Assembly: GCA_019347575.1 (NCBI GenBank)
Contig: JAHWKY010000012.1
Coordinates: forward strand, 34,648 to 66,647
Origin: Actinomycetota bacterium
GTDB lineage: Bacteria; Actinomycetota; Nitriliruptoria; Nitriliruptorales; Nitriliruptoraceae
Direction: 5' to 3'
DNA: 32,000 nucleotides
Positions 18,009 through 26,191 of the stretch are shown in pieces. The stretch's first letter is position 1. Each line of letters opens with the position of its first letter. The position numbers and the translations under genes were made by a program. The notes under the pieces are model-generated. The model was not told where the DNA came from, searched no databases, and worked only from the letters and a program-made list of their open reading frames with translations.

Positions 18009-19579
18009 CGCGGACCTCCCGCAATGTCCTGCAGCACGTCGAGCGCGCGACGAACCTTCGGCAGGTCCTCAGCGATACCGGCTCGGAGTACTACGGCACG
18101 CGCTCGGAGAGCATCGACGTCGAAGCCCTCCATCGGGTCTCGGTACCGGCTCGGTGTGATGACCGAGCCTTCCTCCAGGTCCTCTCGCGACAACCGGAAG
18201 GCTCGGCCTGAATGCTCCCTCGGTATCGCCGCCCCGGAGCGAGCGAGGTGCACCAACTCGACGATCAGATCGATCTCATGCTCTTCCAGCTCAGTTGCGT
18301 GGCGCCCGGCGGTTCCCAGGTCCGAGGCGTCGACGAAAAGAATCTCGTCGGTGCTCGCTTGCTTCCGGCTCGAGGACCGCAGAAGCCAGAGGGTCAACGG
18401 AATCGATGTGTTCCTTCGTAGGCGCTCCGGAAGTTGGATGACACCTTCGATGCACCCATCGTCGAGCATCCCCGCCCGGATCTCGCCTTCGCGACCTCCA
18501 GCCCAAGTCGACCTCGGCGGCTGGAGAACGACCGCGCGCCCTGTAGGGCGAAGTGCATGCAGCGCGAGCTGCAGCCACGCAAAGTCGGCAGAGCTCGGAG
18601 GGGGCGCTCCATACGTCCAGCGGTCGTCGAGGTAGAGCTCGGCGTCACCCCACTTCCCGACTCCGTAGGGCGGGTCTAGGACGACCGTGTCTGCCGCCGG
18701 CAACTCCTCGGGCGGCATCCGCAAGCTGTTGCCGACGCGCAGATTCGCGTCAACGTCGTAGATGAAGAACCACGCGCGGGCGTGCCTGATGACGTCCTCG
18801 TTGATGTCGACTCCGAAGAGGGTCGTCGGCGGCTCACTCCTCTCGGCAGCCACTGCAGCCATGAGGAGCAGACCGCCGTTGCCCGCGGCAAGGTCCGCGA
18901 CGGTCTTACCCAGCGGCTCGGCTAGCCGAACCATGAGAAGCGCGAGGTTATCGGGCGTCGAGTACTCCTGCGCGAAGCGGTCTGCTCGGTCCATACGGTC
19001 CGTGAGTTCATGGAAGAGCTCAACGTCAGCAGCTTCCTCAGACAACGCTGCTCGCAGCGCGATAAGGAGCTGGCGCACGGCGTGCCCTGGCGCCTCCGTG
19101 ACTGAGAACCCATCCACGAGTAAGCCCTGGAGTTGTGGGTTGCCCTCCTCTAGGCGACGTCCCACGGCGGCGAGCCGTTCCAACAGCTGCTCGTCCGCGA
19201 CATCTTGCACCGATCCCCACTGATCTTCGGTGGCCAGGTCGAGTCGGCCACTCGCCGCGCGCTGACATGCGACGAGGTACACGAGCGCCGAAAGCATGAA
19301 GTGTCGGAGCTCCTCGGGTGTCCAGCTTCCGCGGACCGCATCGGCGAGCCGCCAGAGGACGGCACTTGGTGGCACGGGGCCGTCGATCTTCTCGTTCTCG
19401 AGGAGCCAGCGCTCGACCTCTGCAAGCGAGAAGAGGGCCCCGCCCGCTGTCTGGAGTCGCGGGGCCGGGAAGTCTTCGTGGCGCTTCCGCCAGTTAGATA
19501 CAGCGGAAGAGCCGACGTCAGCGATCTCGGCGACGTCGCTCAGGCTGACGTAGACAGCCTCTCCGGCGTTGCGGACCAT
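18005..19579 (-). CDS. N6-adenine DNA methyltransferase with an N-terminal excisionase/MerR-type HTH
   Basis: HTH VSLSDVAEIADVGSSAVSNWRKRHEDFPAP, motif I VADLAAGNGGLL and motif IV VVLDPPYG. The start overlaps the NYN gene stop (TGATG). Confidence 0.85.
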   Translation of the reverse strand: MVRNAGEAVYVSLSDVAEIADVGSSAVSNWRKRHEDFPAPRLQTAGGALFSLAEVERWLLENEKIDGPVPPSAVLWRLADAVRGSWTPEELRHFMLSALVYLVACQRAASGRLDLATEDQWGSVQDVADEQLLERLAAVGRRLEEGNPQLQGLLVDGFSVTEAPGHAVRQLLIALRAALSEEAADVELFHELTDRMDRADRFAQEYSTPDNLALLMVRLAEPLGKTVADLAAGNGGLLLMAAVAAERSEPPTTLFGVDINEDVIRHARAWFFIYDVDANLRVGNSLRMPPEELPAADTVVLDPPYGVGKWGDAELYLDDRWTYGAPPPSSADFAWLQLALHALRPTGRAVVLQPPRSTWAGGREGEIRAGMLDDGCIEGVIQLPERLRRNTSIPLTLWLLRSSSRKQASTDEILFVDASDLGTAGRHATELEEHEIDLIVELVHLARSGAAIPREHSGRAFRLSREDLEEGSVITPSRYRDPMEGFDVDALRARAVVLRAGIAEDLPKVRRALDVLQDIAGGPR

Positions 19580-20073
19580 CAGGCGGCTCTCTGTTCCACA
19601 GCCGGAGCCCCCGGGTCACGATCGAGATGGAACGGCACAACGCGGTTCGCCGCCATCCTCAACCGCCTGGACAGGCTCTCCAGAGGAGCCACAACCGTGA
19701 CCGTCACGCCGCGACGCTGGAGGAAGCCAACCGCATCGACGAACAAGCCATCGCCTGAGGCAACCACGACGTGGCCGAAACGTGAGTCCACGCGCTCGCG
19801 CAGGGCCACTTCGGCGAGAGCGAGGTCGGCACCCGAGGTTCCGCGCCGGACGAGGAGCCTCGCAGAACGCCAACTCAGGCCCACTGACACGCCAATCGAG
19901 GGGTTGCACGCCACCACGATGTGATCGCCGTGGCGCAGGATGCGAAGGCGACGGTACGCAGTAACGCAGCGGGCGACGTCGTGGTTCGTCGGCGAGCCAG
20001 AGCCAACGAGGTTCTCGACGTCGACCAAGTGAAGGGTTCTCGGGGCAGTTGCGGTGTCCATGACGTGAACCAT
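19579..20073 (-). CDS. NYN (LabA-like, PIN-related) nuclease domain protein
   Basis: LHLVDVENL, GADLALAE and VASGDGLFVD match the NYN/LabA acidic motifs. The start is probably ATG 20073 or 20061 rather than TTG 20097. Confidence 0.7.
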   Translation of the reverse strand: MVHVMDTATAPRTLHLVDVENLVGSGSPTNHDVARCVTAYRRLRILRHGDHIVVACNPSIGVSVGLSWRSARLLVRRGTSGADLALAEVALRERVDSRFGHVVVASGDGLFVDAVGFLQRRGVTVTVVAPLESLSRRLRMAANRVVPFHLDRDPGAPAVEQRAA

Positions 20074-20085
20074 ATCGTGCCGTAT

Positions 20086-20123
20086 CTGTGAAATCAACTC
20101 ACAGCTCTGACTTCATTTCACAG
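20086..20123. promoter_or_regulatory. Inverted repeat in the AT-richer divergent promoter region (candidate operator)
   Basis: ctgtgaaat (20086-20094) and atttcacag (20115-20123) form 9-bp perfect arms. A second 6-bp inverted repeat, acacaa/ttgtgt (20157-20176), overlaps the start of the plus-strand operon. Confidence 0.4.
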
Positions 20124-20172
20124 GCGGTTCGTCCAGGGTCTCTTGCTATCCGAATAACACAACGATAATATT

Positions 20173-20613
20173 GTGTCTGTGATACCGGACTTTGGCGGGG
20201 CCAATTTGCCCCCGGGTGTACATGCGGCCTCGTGGCACGAGGTCGATCAGCGCTTCGGCTGGAACCAACGGCGGCGATCGCTACTCGAAGGGCTTCGAGA
20301 CGCGCTCGACGAGCTAGCACGGGCGGGCTGCAGGAGAGCGTGGCTCGACGGCAGCTTCGTGACCGCGAAGGAGCAGCCGGGGGACTACGACCTCGCTTGG
20401 GACCCGACCGACGTCGACCTCACTTCCCTCGATGCGGTGCTCCTTGACTTGGATCCACCGCGCGAAGGTCAGAAGGCGAAGTACAGGGGCGACCTCTTGC
20501 CGAACATCATCGAGTCCGACAGCGGCATGCCGTTGCTGGACTTCTTTCAGCAAGACGCGGTGACTGGGCGCAAGCGAGGGATTGTCGAGATCGATTTGGA
20601 GGGACTCGGATGA
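20173..20613 (+). CDS. Minimal nucleotidyltransferase (Pol-beta fold, DUF6932-like)
   Basis: WLDGSFVTAKEQPGDYDLAW fits the G-S...D-x-D NTase motif. 146 aa. The stop overlaps the next start (ATGA). The start could be GTG 20173 or GTG 20179. Confidence 0.6.
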   Translation: MSVIPDFGGANLPPGVHAASWHEVDQRFGWNQRRRSLLEGLRDALDELARAGCRRAWLDGSFVTAKEQPGDYDLAWDPTDVDLTSLDAVLLDLDPPREGQKAKYRGDLLPNIIESDSGMPLLDFFQQDAVTGRKRGIVEIDLEGLG

Positions 20614-22052
20614 TCAAGAACGACCGGCAGTTCGGGATCGTCCGCAGCAGGTCGGAGCGCCTCGAGCGCCTTCAGGATGACCTGCTGGAACGTCTTGGAC
20701 GTTCCCCCGCGGACGCGAGCAAGCTTGAGCTTGAGCTCAGAGCCACTCGTGCAGAGATCCGACGCATGCGTGGAGAGCTCGGGGACTACCAACTCCTGAA
20801 GGAAGGCAAGGCCCCCATCGGGTCGGCCCGAACCCTTGAGGACGTATCACGACTTCTCGTTCGTGCGCGCATCGCTGCAGGACTTACGCAAGCCGACCTC
20901 GCCGAACGATTGGACCTGAAGGAACAGCAGATCCAACGGTACGAGGCGACCGACTACGAGTCGGCAAGTCTCAGCCGACTCATAGAGGTGGGCGAAGCTC
21001 TCGATCTCCAGCTTTGCGCCGAGGCGGGTTCGGCGGGAGCCTCCTTCGACGCGACCGGCTGGCTTCGGAACTTGCGAGACGACGGGATCGACGAATGGTT
21101 TCTCGACCGGGGCTTCGGCGCCGTGGACGCGAACGACCCCGACTCGGTAACGAGAACGATCGCGCGCTTGTCTCACGTCTTCAGGCGCACACCTGAAGAC
21201 GTGATGGCTGGACGGGTTGTAGACCCGGGATTCGAGGCGGTTCCCGCGGCGTTCAAGCGCTCCAAGAGAGCCAGTCGTCCGCGAATCGCAGCGACCAGTG
21301 CGTACGTCGACTACCTGGTCGGCCTCATTCTCCGGGCCACACCACCCGCGGCGACAGACCTGCCGGCCAACCCTGTCGAGGTGCATCAGCGTCTGGGCGG
21401 ACTGGGGCGCCCCGTGACCTTCGAAGCGGCAGTCAACTTCTTCTGGGCGTCCGGTGTCCCCATTCTGCCCCTGAGCCTCTCAGGCGGTTTCGACGCTGCA
21501 CTGTGGCGCCGAGACCAGCGAGATGTCGTGGTCTTGAACTCCACTCGGGAGCTTGAGTCTCTGTGGTTGTTCATCCTGTTGCACGAAGGTGGCCACATCA
21601 GCGATCCAGAACTCGCGGGCACGCGCTGGCTGGAGACAGACCCTGGCCACGATCCGGACATGGCGGCTGAGCGCGAGAGACATGCAAATGAGTGGGCTTC
21701 CGCCACAATCTTCGGGGGGCGCAGCGAAGCGCTGTTCGACGAAGTGAGGCAGAAGGCCGAGAACCGGCTACCGATGATGCAACGAGCGGTCCGGTATGTA
21801 GCCCGTCACGAGAACGTCGATGTAGGACCGCTCGCTCTCAACGTCGCTTACCGTCTTGGCGAAGAAGGAGTGGACTGGTGGGGAGCCGCGATGAGCCTCC
21901 AGAGCGGAGACGGAAGGCCGTGGCAGACTGCCCGAGACGCGCTCGTTGCTCGTCTTGACATGTCAGCTCTCAAGCCGCTTGATGCCGATCTGCTTGCCCG
22001 GGCGCTTGACCTCTCACCGAGCGACGGAATTGATTCAGGAACCGAACGATGA
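20610..22052 (+). CDS. XRE-family HTH fused to an ImmA/IrrE-type HExxH metallopeptidase
   Basis: An N-terminal helical segment, then the HTH RIAAGLTQADLAERLDLKEQQIQRYE, then LFILLHEGGHISD (HExxH) in the C-terminal half. ATGA overlaps on both sides. Confidence 0.8.
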   Translation: MIKNDRQFGIVRSRSERLERLQDDLLERLGRSPADASKLELELRATRAEIRRMRGELGDYQLLKEGKAPIGSARTLEDVSRLLVRARIAAGLTQADLAERLDLKEQQIQRYEATDYESASLSRLIEVGEALDLQLCAEAGSAGASFDATGWLRNLRDDGIDEWFLDRGFGAVDANDPDSVTRTIARLSHVFRRTPEDVMAGRVVDPGFEAVPAAFKRSKRASRPRIAATSAYVDYLVGLILRATPPAATDLPANPVEVHQRLGGLGRPVTFEAAVNFFWASGVPILPLSLSGGFDAALWRRDQRDVVVLNSTRELESLWLFILLHEGGHISDPELAGTRWLETDPGHDPDMAAERERHANEWASATIFGGRSEALFDEVRQKAENRLPMMQRAVRYVARHENVDVGPLALNVAYRLGEEGVDWWGAAMSLQSGDGRPWQTARDALVARLDMSALKPLDADLLARALDLSPSDGIDSGTER

Positions 22053-23110
22053 TGATCCAGACGCCACTCAACGGAGCCGTCTGGGTGCACGCTGGCCTCA
22101 AGCCGCCAGATCACATCGGGCGGGTGGCAACCGCCGCCGGTGGTGTCGTTCTCCAAGGCCCGCCGAAGTACCGACAGGCTCGCGAGGTCCTGGAGTCCGG
22201 TATCCCCGCGATGCTGCAGCACGATGCGGATCTCGAACCAGCACCCCAGCCCACACTCTTTGGTCCCGATGAGTCCTGGTTAAGCGAACAGCACTCGTGC
22301 GTGGTCGTAAGCAGCCGCGCAGGCTGGGTGCCGCCGCCTTCTACTGAGGGACGTGAACGGCTCCGGCAGGCCGTCCTCACTTCGCGGACGAGCCACGCTC
22401 ATGCGACACGGTCGGAACCGAGTCGGCCATTCGTAGCCATGGTCGCACTGTCCCACAAGTGGTTGACGTCGCGGGAGTCCCGCAGGGAAGTGATCTCCGC
22501 GCTTCGATCCGTCGGCGCCCCGATCGGGCTGATGCTCGAGAAGGCCATGGATCCCCTCGACACCGTCCAGGCAGTGGAGGGGCTCGTCACGCTCGTGACC
22601 GAGCTTGAGAGCGTCGCTGTCTTTCGGTGTGATCACGGCGCTCTCGGAGCAATGGCGTTCGGAGCGACGGGAGGCTCTATCGGGATCGGAACCTCGACTC
22701 GCCACTTCCTCGACCCCGATGACAACTCCTGGGCCGATTTCACGGATCGCACCCCACGCGTGTTCCTTCCCTTCATCATGGGATGGTGGAAAGGCTCGCG
22801 CCTCGCGTACTACGAGGAAGACCCGATGTTTCGGTCTTGCTCATGCCCCGTCTGCCGGGGCGCCAGCCTGGCTCGCTTCCAGGACGAAGCCCTGCGGGCG
22901 GAGGCCGACGCTCACTCCGTCGCGTGTTGGGCTGATCTCGCGCGCCGGCTTCAGGACGAAGATCCCGGACACCGCGCAGACGCGTGGCTGCGACTCTGTC
23001 AGACCGCGTACGACAATCTTGATGCGATCGAAGACACGAGCGGATTGCTTCAGGCACCGTCGAGGCAGCTCAAGGCCTGGCTTCGCTTCGCCGGAGTTCC
23101 AGCGGTTTGA
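22049..23110 (+). CDS. TGT (tRNA-guanine transglycosylase) / DpdA-like protein
   Basis: CSCPVCRGASLARF (encoded from 22838) parallels the TGT zinc motif CxCxxCRxxSxA, with a His 20 residues after the third Cys. FGATGGSIGIGT parallels the TGT G-x-A-I-G-G-L-S-V-G-E strand. Similarity was judged by eye only. Confidence 0.5.
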   Translation: MMIQTPLNGAVWVHAGLKPPDHIGRVATAAGGVVLQGPPKYRQAREVLESGIPAMLQHDADLEPAPQPTLFGPDESWLSEQHSCVVVSSRAGWVPPPSTEGRERLRQAVLTSRTSHAHATRSEPSRPFVAMVALSHKWLTSRESRREVISALRSVGAPIGLMLEKAMDPLDTVQAVEGLVTLVTELESVAVFRCDHGALGAMAFGATGGSIGIGTSTRHFLDPDDNSWADFTDRTPRVFLPFIMGWWKGSRLAYYEEDPMFRSCSCPVCRGASLARFQDEALRAEADAHSVACWADLARRLQDEDPGHRADAWLRLCQTAYDNLDAIEDTSGLLQAPSRQLKAWLRFAGVPAV

Positions 23111-23712
23111 CGAAGAAGCGCCCCGTACACGATTTCGAGTAGTCGCGCCCGCCGGAGACTCGGTGAAGGAATGGCAGTGGGTTCGGCGAGTTCCTCGACC
23201 TGGTCGCCATCGAAATGCACGAGTCCTAGACCACATCGGTTTGCGACCGACACAGCCCTTGAGAGGTCTCGAGGTCGATGCCGCACCACGAGAGTCGTCG
23301 CGGCATCCCGCGCCAGTACACCAACTCGGCCGGCCGCGCGCCAGCTATCGGACAGCTTGACGATCTCGATCAATCTGAGGGGTGCCCGTAGCTCTCGGGT
23401 GATGCCCGTGGATGAGCAACTGGCTAGCCCGGGCGGTGCGCAGTCCAAGAATCCCGCCACGACAGGGTCGACCTCATCCCAGGGCACTTCGAGACCGACA
23501 GGGAGAGTCACGACCGCGTCGAGGAGCGTGTAGCTCGTGACCGCTCCGAGTTGGTGGACCGACCGACGGTCGACTTCAAACCAGTCAGGGCGCACGACGG
23601 CCGAGAAGCGCACGCCCGCCCATGAGACGTGATGAACGAACTCACCAGTCATGCCGAGTCGACCACCTATCAGTTGAGCATCCACGACGGGCTTCCGCTT
23701 GCAGGTAGACAC
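23050..23712 (-). CDS. Hypothetical protein, no recognisable domain
   Basis: The composition is protein-like (FVHHVSWAGVRFSAVVRPDWFEV..). It converges on the TGT-like gene and overlaps its 3' end by 61 nt. The start is uncertain (23712 or an internal Met). Confidence 0.45.
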   Translation of the reverse strand: MSTCKRKPVVDAQLIGGRLGMTGEFVHHVSWAGVRFSAVVRPDWFEVDRRSVHQLGAVTSYTLLDAVVTLPVGLEVPWDEVDPVVAGFLDCAPPGLASCSSTGITRELRAPLRLIEIVKLSDSWRAAGRVGVLARDAATTLVVRHRPRDLSRAVSVANRCGLGLVHFDGDQVEELAEPTAIPSPSLRRARLLEIVYGALLRQTAGTPAKRSQALSCLDGA

Positions 23713-24144
23713 GTTACCGAACGTAGGTTCGGCTCATTGGCTGACTCTAGCAACTTCAGCCACACCCTCGCAGCGTGTCCGGTAGAAGGGCGTGTACTCG
23801 GGAGGCGGAACTGCACGATCGGCGCGACGCATGCTGACGTGTGCATTGGCCTCAACACGCACGGTAACGTCCAGACCGAACCCCGACTCCCCTCTCGGTA
23901 CCGCCGCGCCCCTCAGCCCGCTCGCTACCACTCCCCGCAATCCACAGACCCCGCCCCGCCCCGAAACACAGGCGCCGCGCGAGCCTGATCCTGGGCCGGT
24001 CGACGGGTCCCGCCGCGAGTCGGAACCGAGGAACGTGGCCGACATGGCCCCGGCCGAGCTCGTGACGGCTGGGATGGGCACGCTCCGGCCACGGCCTGTG
24101 GACAGTCAGTGGCCTGAGCCATCGGTCGGAGCTACGCCTGCCCC

Positions 24145-24753
24145 GTGGACGAGGCGACAGAAGCGATCCGAGCGCAGTTGCGCGCTGCGCGGCAGCGGGC
24201 CGGCCTGACCCAGGATCAGCTCGCGGCGCGGATGGGCTGCACGCAGTCCGCGGTGTCCGACCTCGAGGGTGGGCGGACCCGGCCGCTGTACCAGACGGTC
24301 GCCCGCAACGCCGCCGCGCTCGGCGGCGAGGTCACACTCGCCCTACCCGGGGCCGATCCCCTCGCACGGGCGCGTGCCGACATCGAGCGTTCCCTCACCG
24401 AGGGGGACCCATCCCGCGCCTTCCGCGCCGTTCTCCGGATGTTGTGCGACCTCGACCGGCGGGATCGGATCGACGCATCCCGTGCCCTCCGTCTCGAACC
24501 GGCAACGACGGGATCGCCGCGGTGGGACGCACTCCTGGCCGCCGCCGTCGAGCACGCGACCGCACGGATCGGCGTCGGTCCACCGTCGTGGACCGCCGCC
24601 CCGTCGAAGTTCCTCGACCGTTGGTGGTTCCCCGTCGAGGACATGATCGGTCGCCTCCCGACCCGACTCGCGGCCTACCTCCTCGCCAACGCCCCCGGCG
24701 AGTTCGCGGCACGCGGCGTCTTCGTGGATCGCGCGAGTCTGCGGACCTGGTGA
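24145..24753 (+). CDS. XRE-family HTH protein with a C-terminal extension (antitoxin-like)
   Basis: LRAARQRAGLTQDQLAARMGCTQSAVSDLEGG. GTG start at 24145. Confidence 0.7.
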   Translation: MDEATEAIRAQLRAARQRAGLTQDQLAARMGCTQSAVSDLEGGRTRPLYQTVARNAAALGGEVTLALPGADPLARARADIERSLTEGDPSRAFRAVLRMLCDLDRRDRIDASRALRLEPATTGSPRWDALLAAAVEHATARIGVGPPSWTAAPSKFLDRWWFPVEDMIGRLPTRLAAYLLANAPGEFAARGVFVDRASLRTW

Positions 24754-24838
24754 CGTCCGCCGGCGCGAACCAGTCCGGGTCGCCCGCCAGCAACCTGCGC
24801 GCAGGCGCTGCAGGGTCGGGGGCCTGCCTCCGCCGATC

Positions 24839-25090
24839 TCAGCTCGCCCGGGCCGTCGGCTCGCTGTGGCGGTAGAGGGTCTCGGGGGAGATGTCCGATC
24901 CGTTCGGCCACACCAGCGTGCCGAGCTCCGGATCGACGCGAACCGCACGGAAGAGCTCGTCATCGGTGGCGATGTCCTCGAACGCGCGTCCCCAGAGGAA
25001 GCGGGACGACGCAGGCGTGGTGGAGTGCCTCGCGTCGGGCAACGACCCATCGACGCACGTGCCGCCCGTGACGCGGAGGCAGCGTTCCAA
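24839..25090 (-). CDS. DUF2442 family protein
   Basis: FEDIATDDELFRAVRVDPELGTLVWPNGSDISPETLY closely matches the DUF2442 C-terminal consensus. The N-terminal half is less typical. Confidence 0.6.
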   Translation of the reverse strand: MERCLRVTGGTCVDGSLPDARHSTTPASSRFLWGRAFEDIATDDELFRAVRVDPELGTLVWPNGSDISPETLYRHSEPTARAS

Positions 25091-25208
25091 CGATCACCCT
25101 CCGGGCGCGGCATCCACAGCCCAGCCACCGATGGATGCGCGGCCCTGCGTTCGAATCGGTGAACATCGGGGCCCCGACGGAGCCGACACACGAGGAGCAG
25201 AAGCGCCG

Positions 25209-25721
25209 ATGTTCGAGACCCGCGAGGCCGTGATCGATGCACTCGAGCGACTCGCGAACGCGCTCCACGATGAGCGACTCGAGGGCCGGATCTTCGTCGT
25301 CGGCGACACCGCGATGACGCTGGCCTACGGTCGTGACGATCACGCCGGAGACATCGAGGCGCTGTTCTCGCCTTCGGACATGGTCAGCGAGGTAGCGGCG
25401 CGGCTGGGGAGCGAGCACGGGTGGGGCGAGACGTGGCTGACCGACGCCGTCGTGGGAGGTGCTTTCCGGAACGAGTCGGACGCGACGACGCTGTTCGCGC
25501 GGCGAGGACTGACCGTGCAGGTCGCCTCACCCCGCTACCTCTTCGCGATGAAGGCCGTCACGGCCCGGATCGAACGCGACGCCGCTGACCTCGCCGCGCT
25601 GTACCCGCTCTGCGGCTTCGTTGACGTGGAGGCCGCCATCACGCACGTGCGCGCGACGGCGCCTGCCGGCCTGCTGCCTCCGAAGGGCGAGATGCTCATG
25701 CGGGCGGTCTTGGGCCCGTGA
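25209..25721 (+). CDS. Nucleotidyltransferase-fold protein (DUF6036/AbiEii-like, toxin-like)
   Basis: Internal ATG 25209 begins MFETREAVIDALERL... VVGDTAMTLAYGRDDHAGDIEALF resembles the G-x-x-A...D-x-D/E NTase motif. The upstream part of the 24891 ORF is S/R/P-rich and was rejected. Confidence 0.55.
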   Translation: MFETREAVIDALERLANALHDERLEGRIFVVGDTAMTLAYGRDDHAGDIEALFSPSDMVSEVAARLGSEHGWGETWLTDAVVGGAFRNESDATTLFARRGLTVQVASPRYLFAMKAVTARIERDAADLAALYPLCGFVDVEAAITHVRATAPAGLLPPKGEMLMRAVLGP

Positions 25722-25927
25722 CGTGGTCGCGTTCGCTGTTCGGGAGCGCTCTACAGCGGCAGCTTCCTCAGATCTGCCGATCGGTGCCACCGGTGAGGTT
25801 GGTCCATGTCCGTTCGCACATACGGCATCACGGGAGGGCTCATCCTGAGCGCACGAGGACCGCTTCATGTTCTATCGGTCATGCGAGGGTACTCTGGGGC
25901 GGCCCCGCATCCCGAAGGCGATGTCGC

Positions 25928-26191
25928 ATGAACGACCGGACATACGATACGGCGGCTGGGCGGTTAGGTGACCAGCTCCGCCGACGTCGGCGCGCGTTGC
26001 ACCTCACCCAGGAGGAGGTCGCCGAACTGGCCGGCACCACTCAGCGCACCGTCTCGGTGCTCGAGTCGGGCAAGCCCACCGCCCGCCTCGACGTCCTGGT
26101 CGCCGTCGCCGAGGCGCTCGGCCTGCAACTGGTGGCGCTGCCCCACGACGTGGTCGGGCGGCTGCGCGTCGACGACGAGACCCCGTCGTGA
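25928..26191 (+). CDS. hipB: HipB-like XRE HTH antitoxin
   Basis: ATG 25928. LRRRRRALHLTQEEVAELAGTTQRTVSVLESGK. The stop overlaps the hipA start (GTGA). Confidence 0.8.
   Translation: MNDRTYDTAAGRLGDQLRRRRRALHLTQEEVAELAGTTQRTVSVLESGKPTARLDVLVAVAEALGLQLVALPHDVVGRLRVDDETPS

Noticed and set aside
24343-25242. 299-aa minus-strand ORF spanning the XRE and DUF2442 region
   Set aside because: Its composition is extremely R/P/S/G-rich. It overlaps two genes with recognisable domains in other frames.
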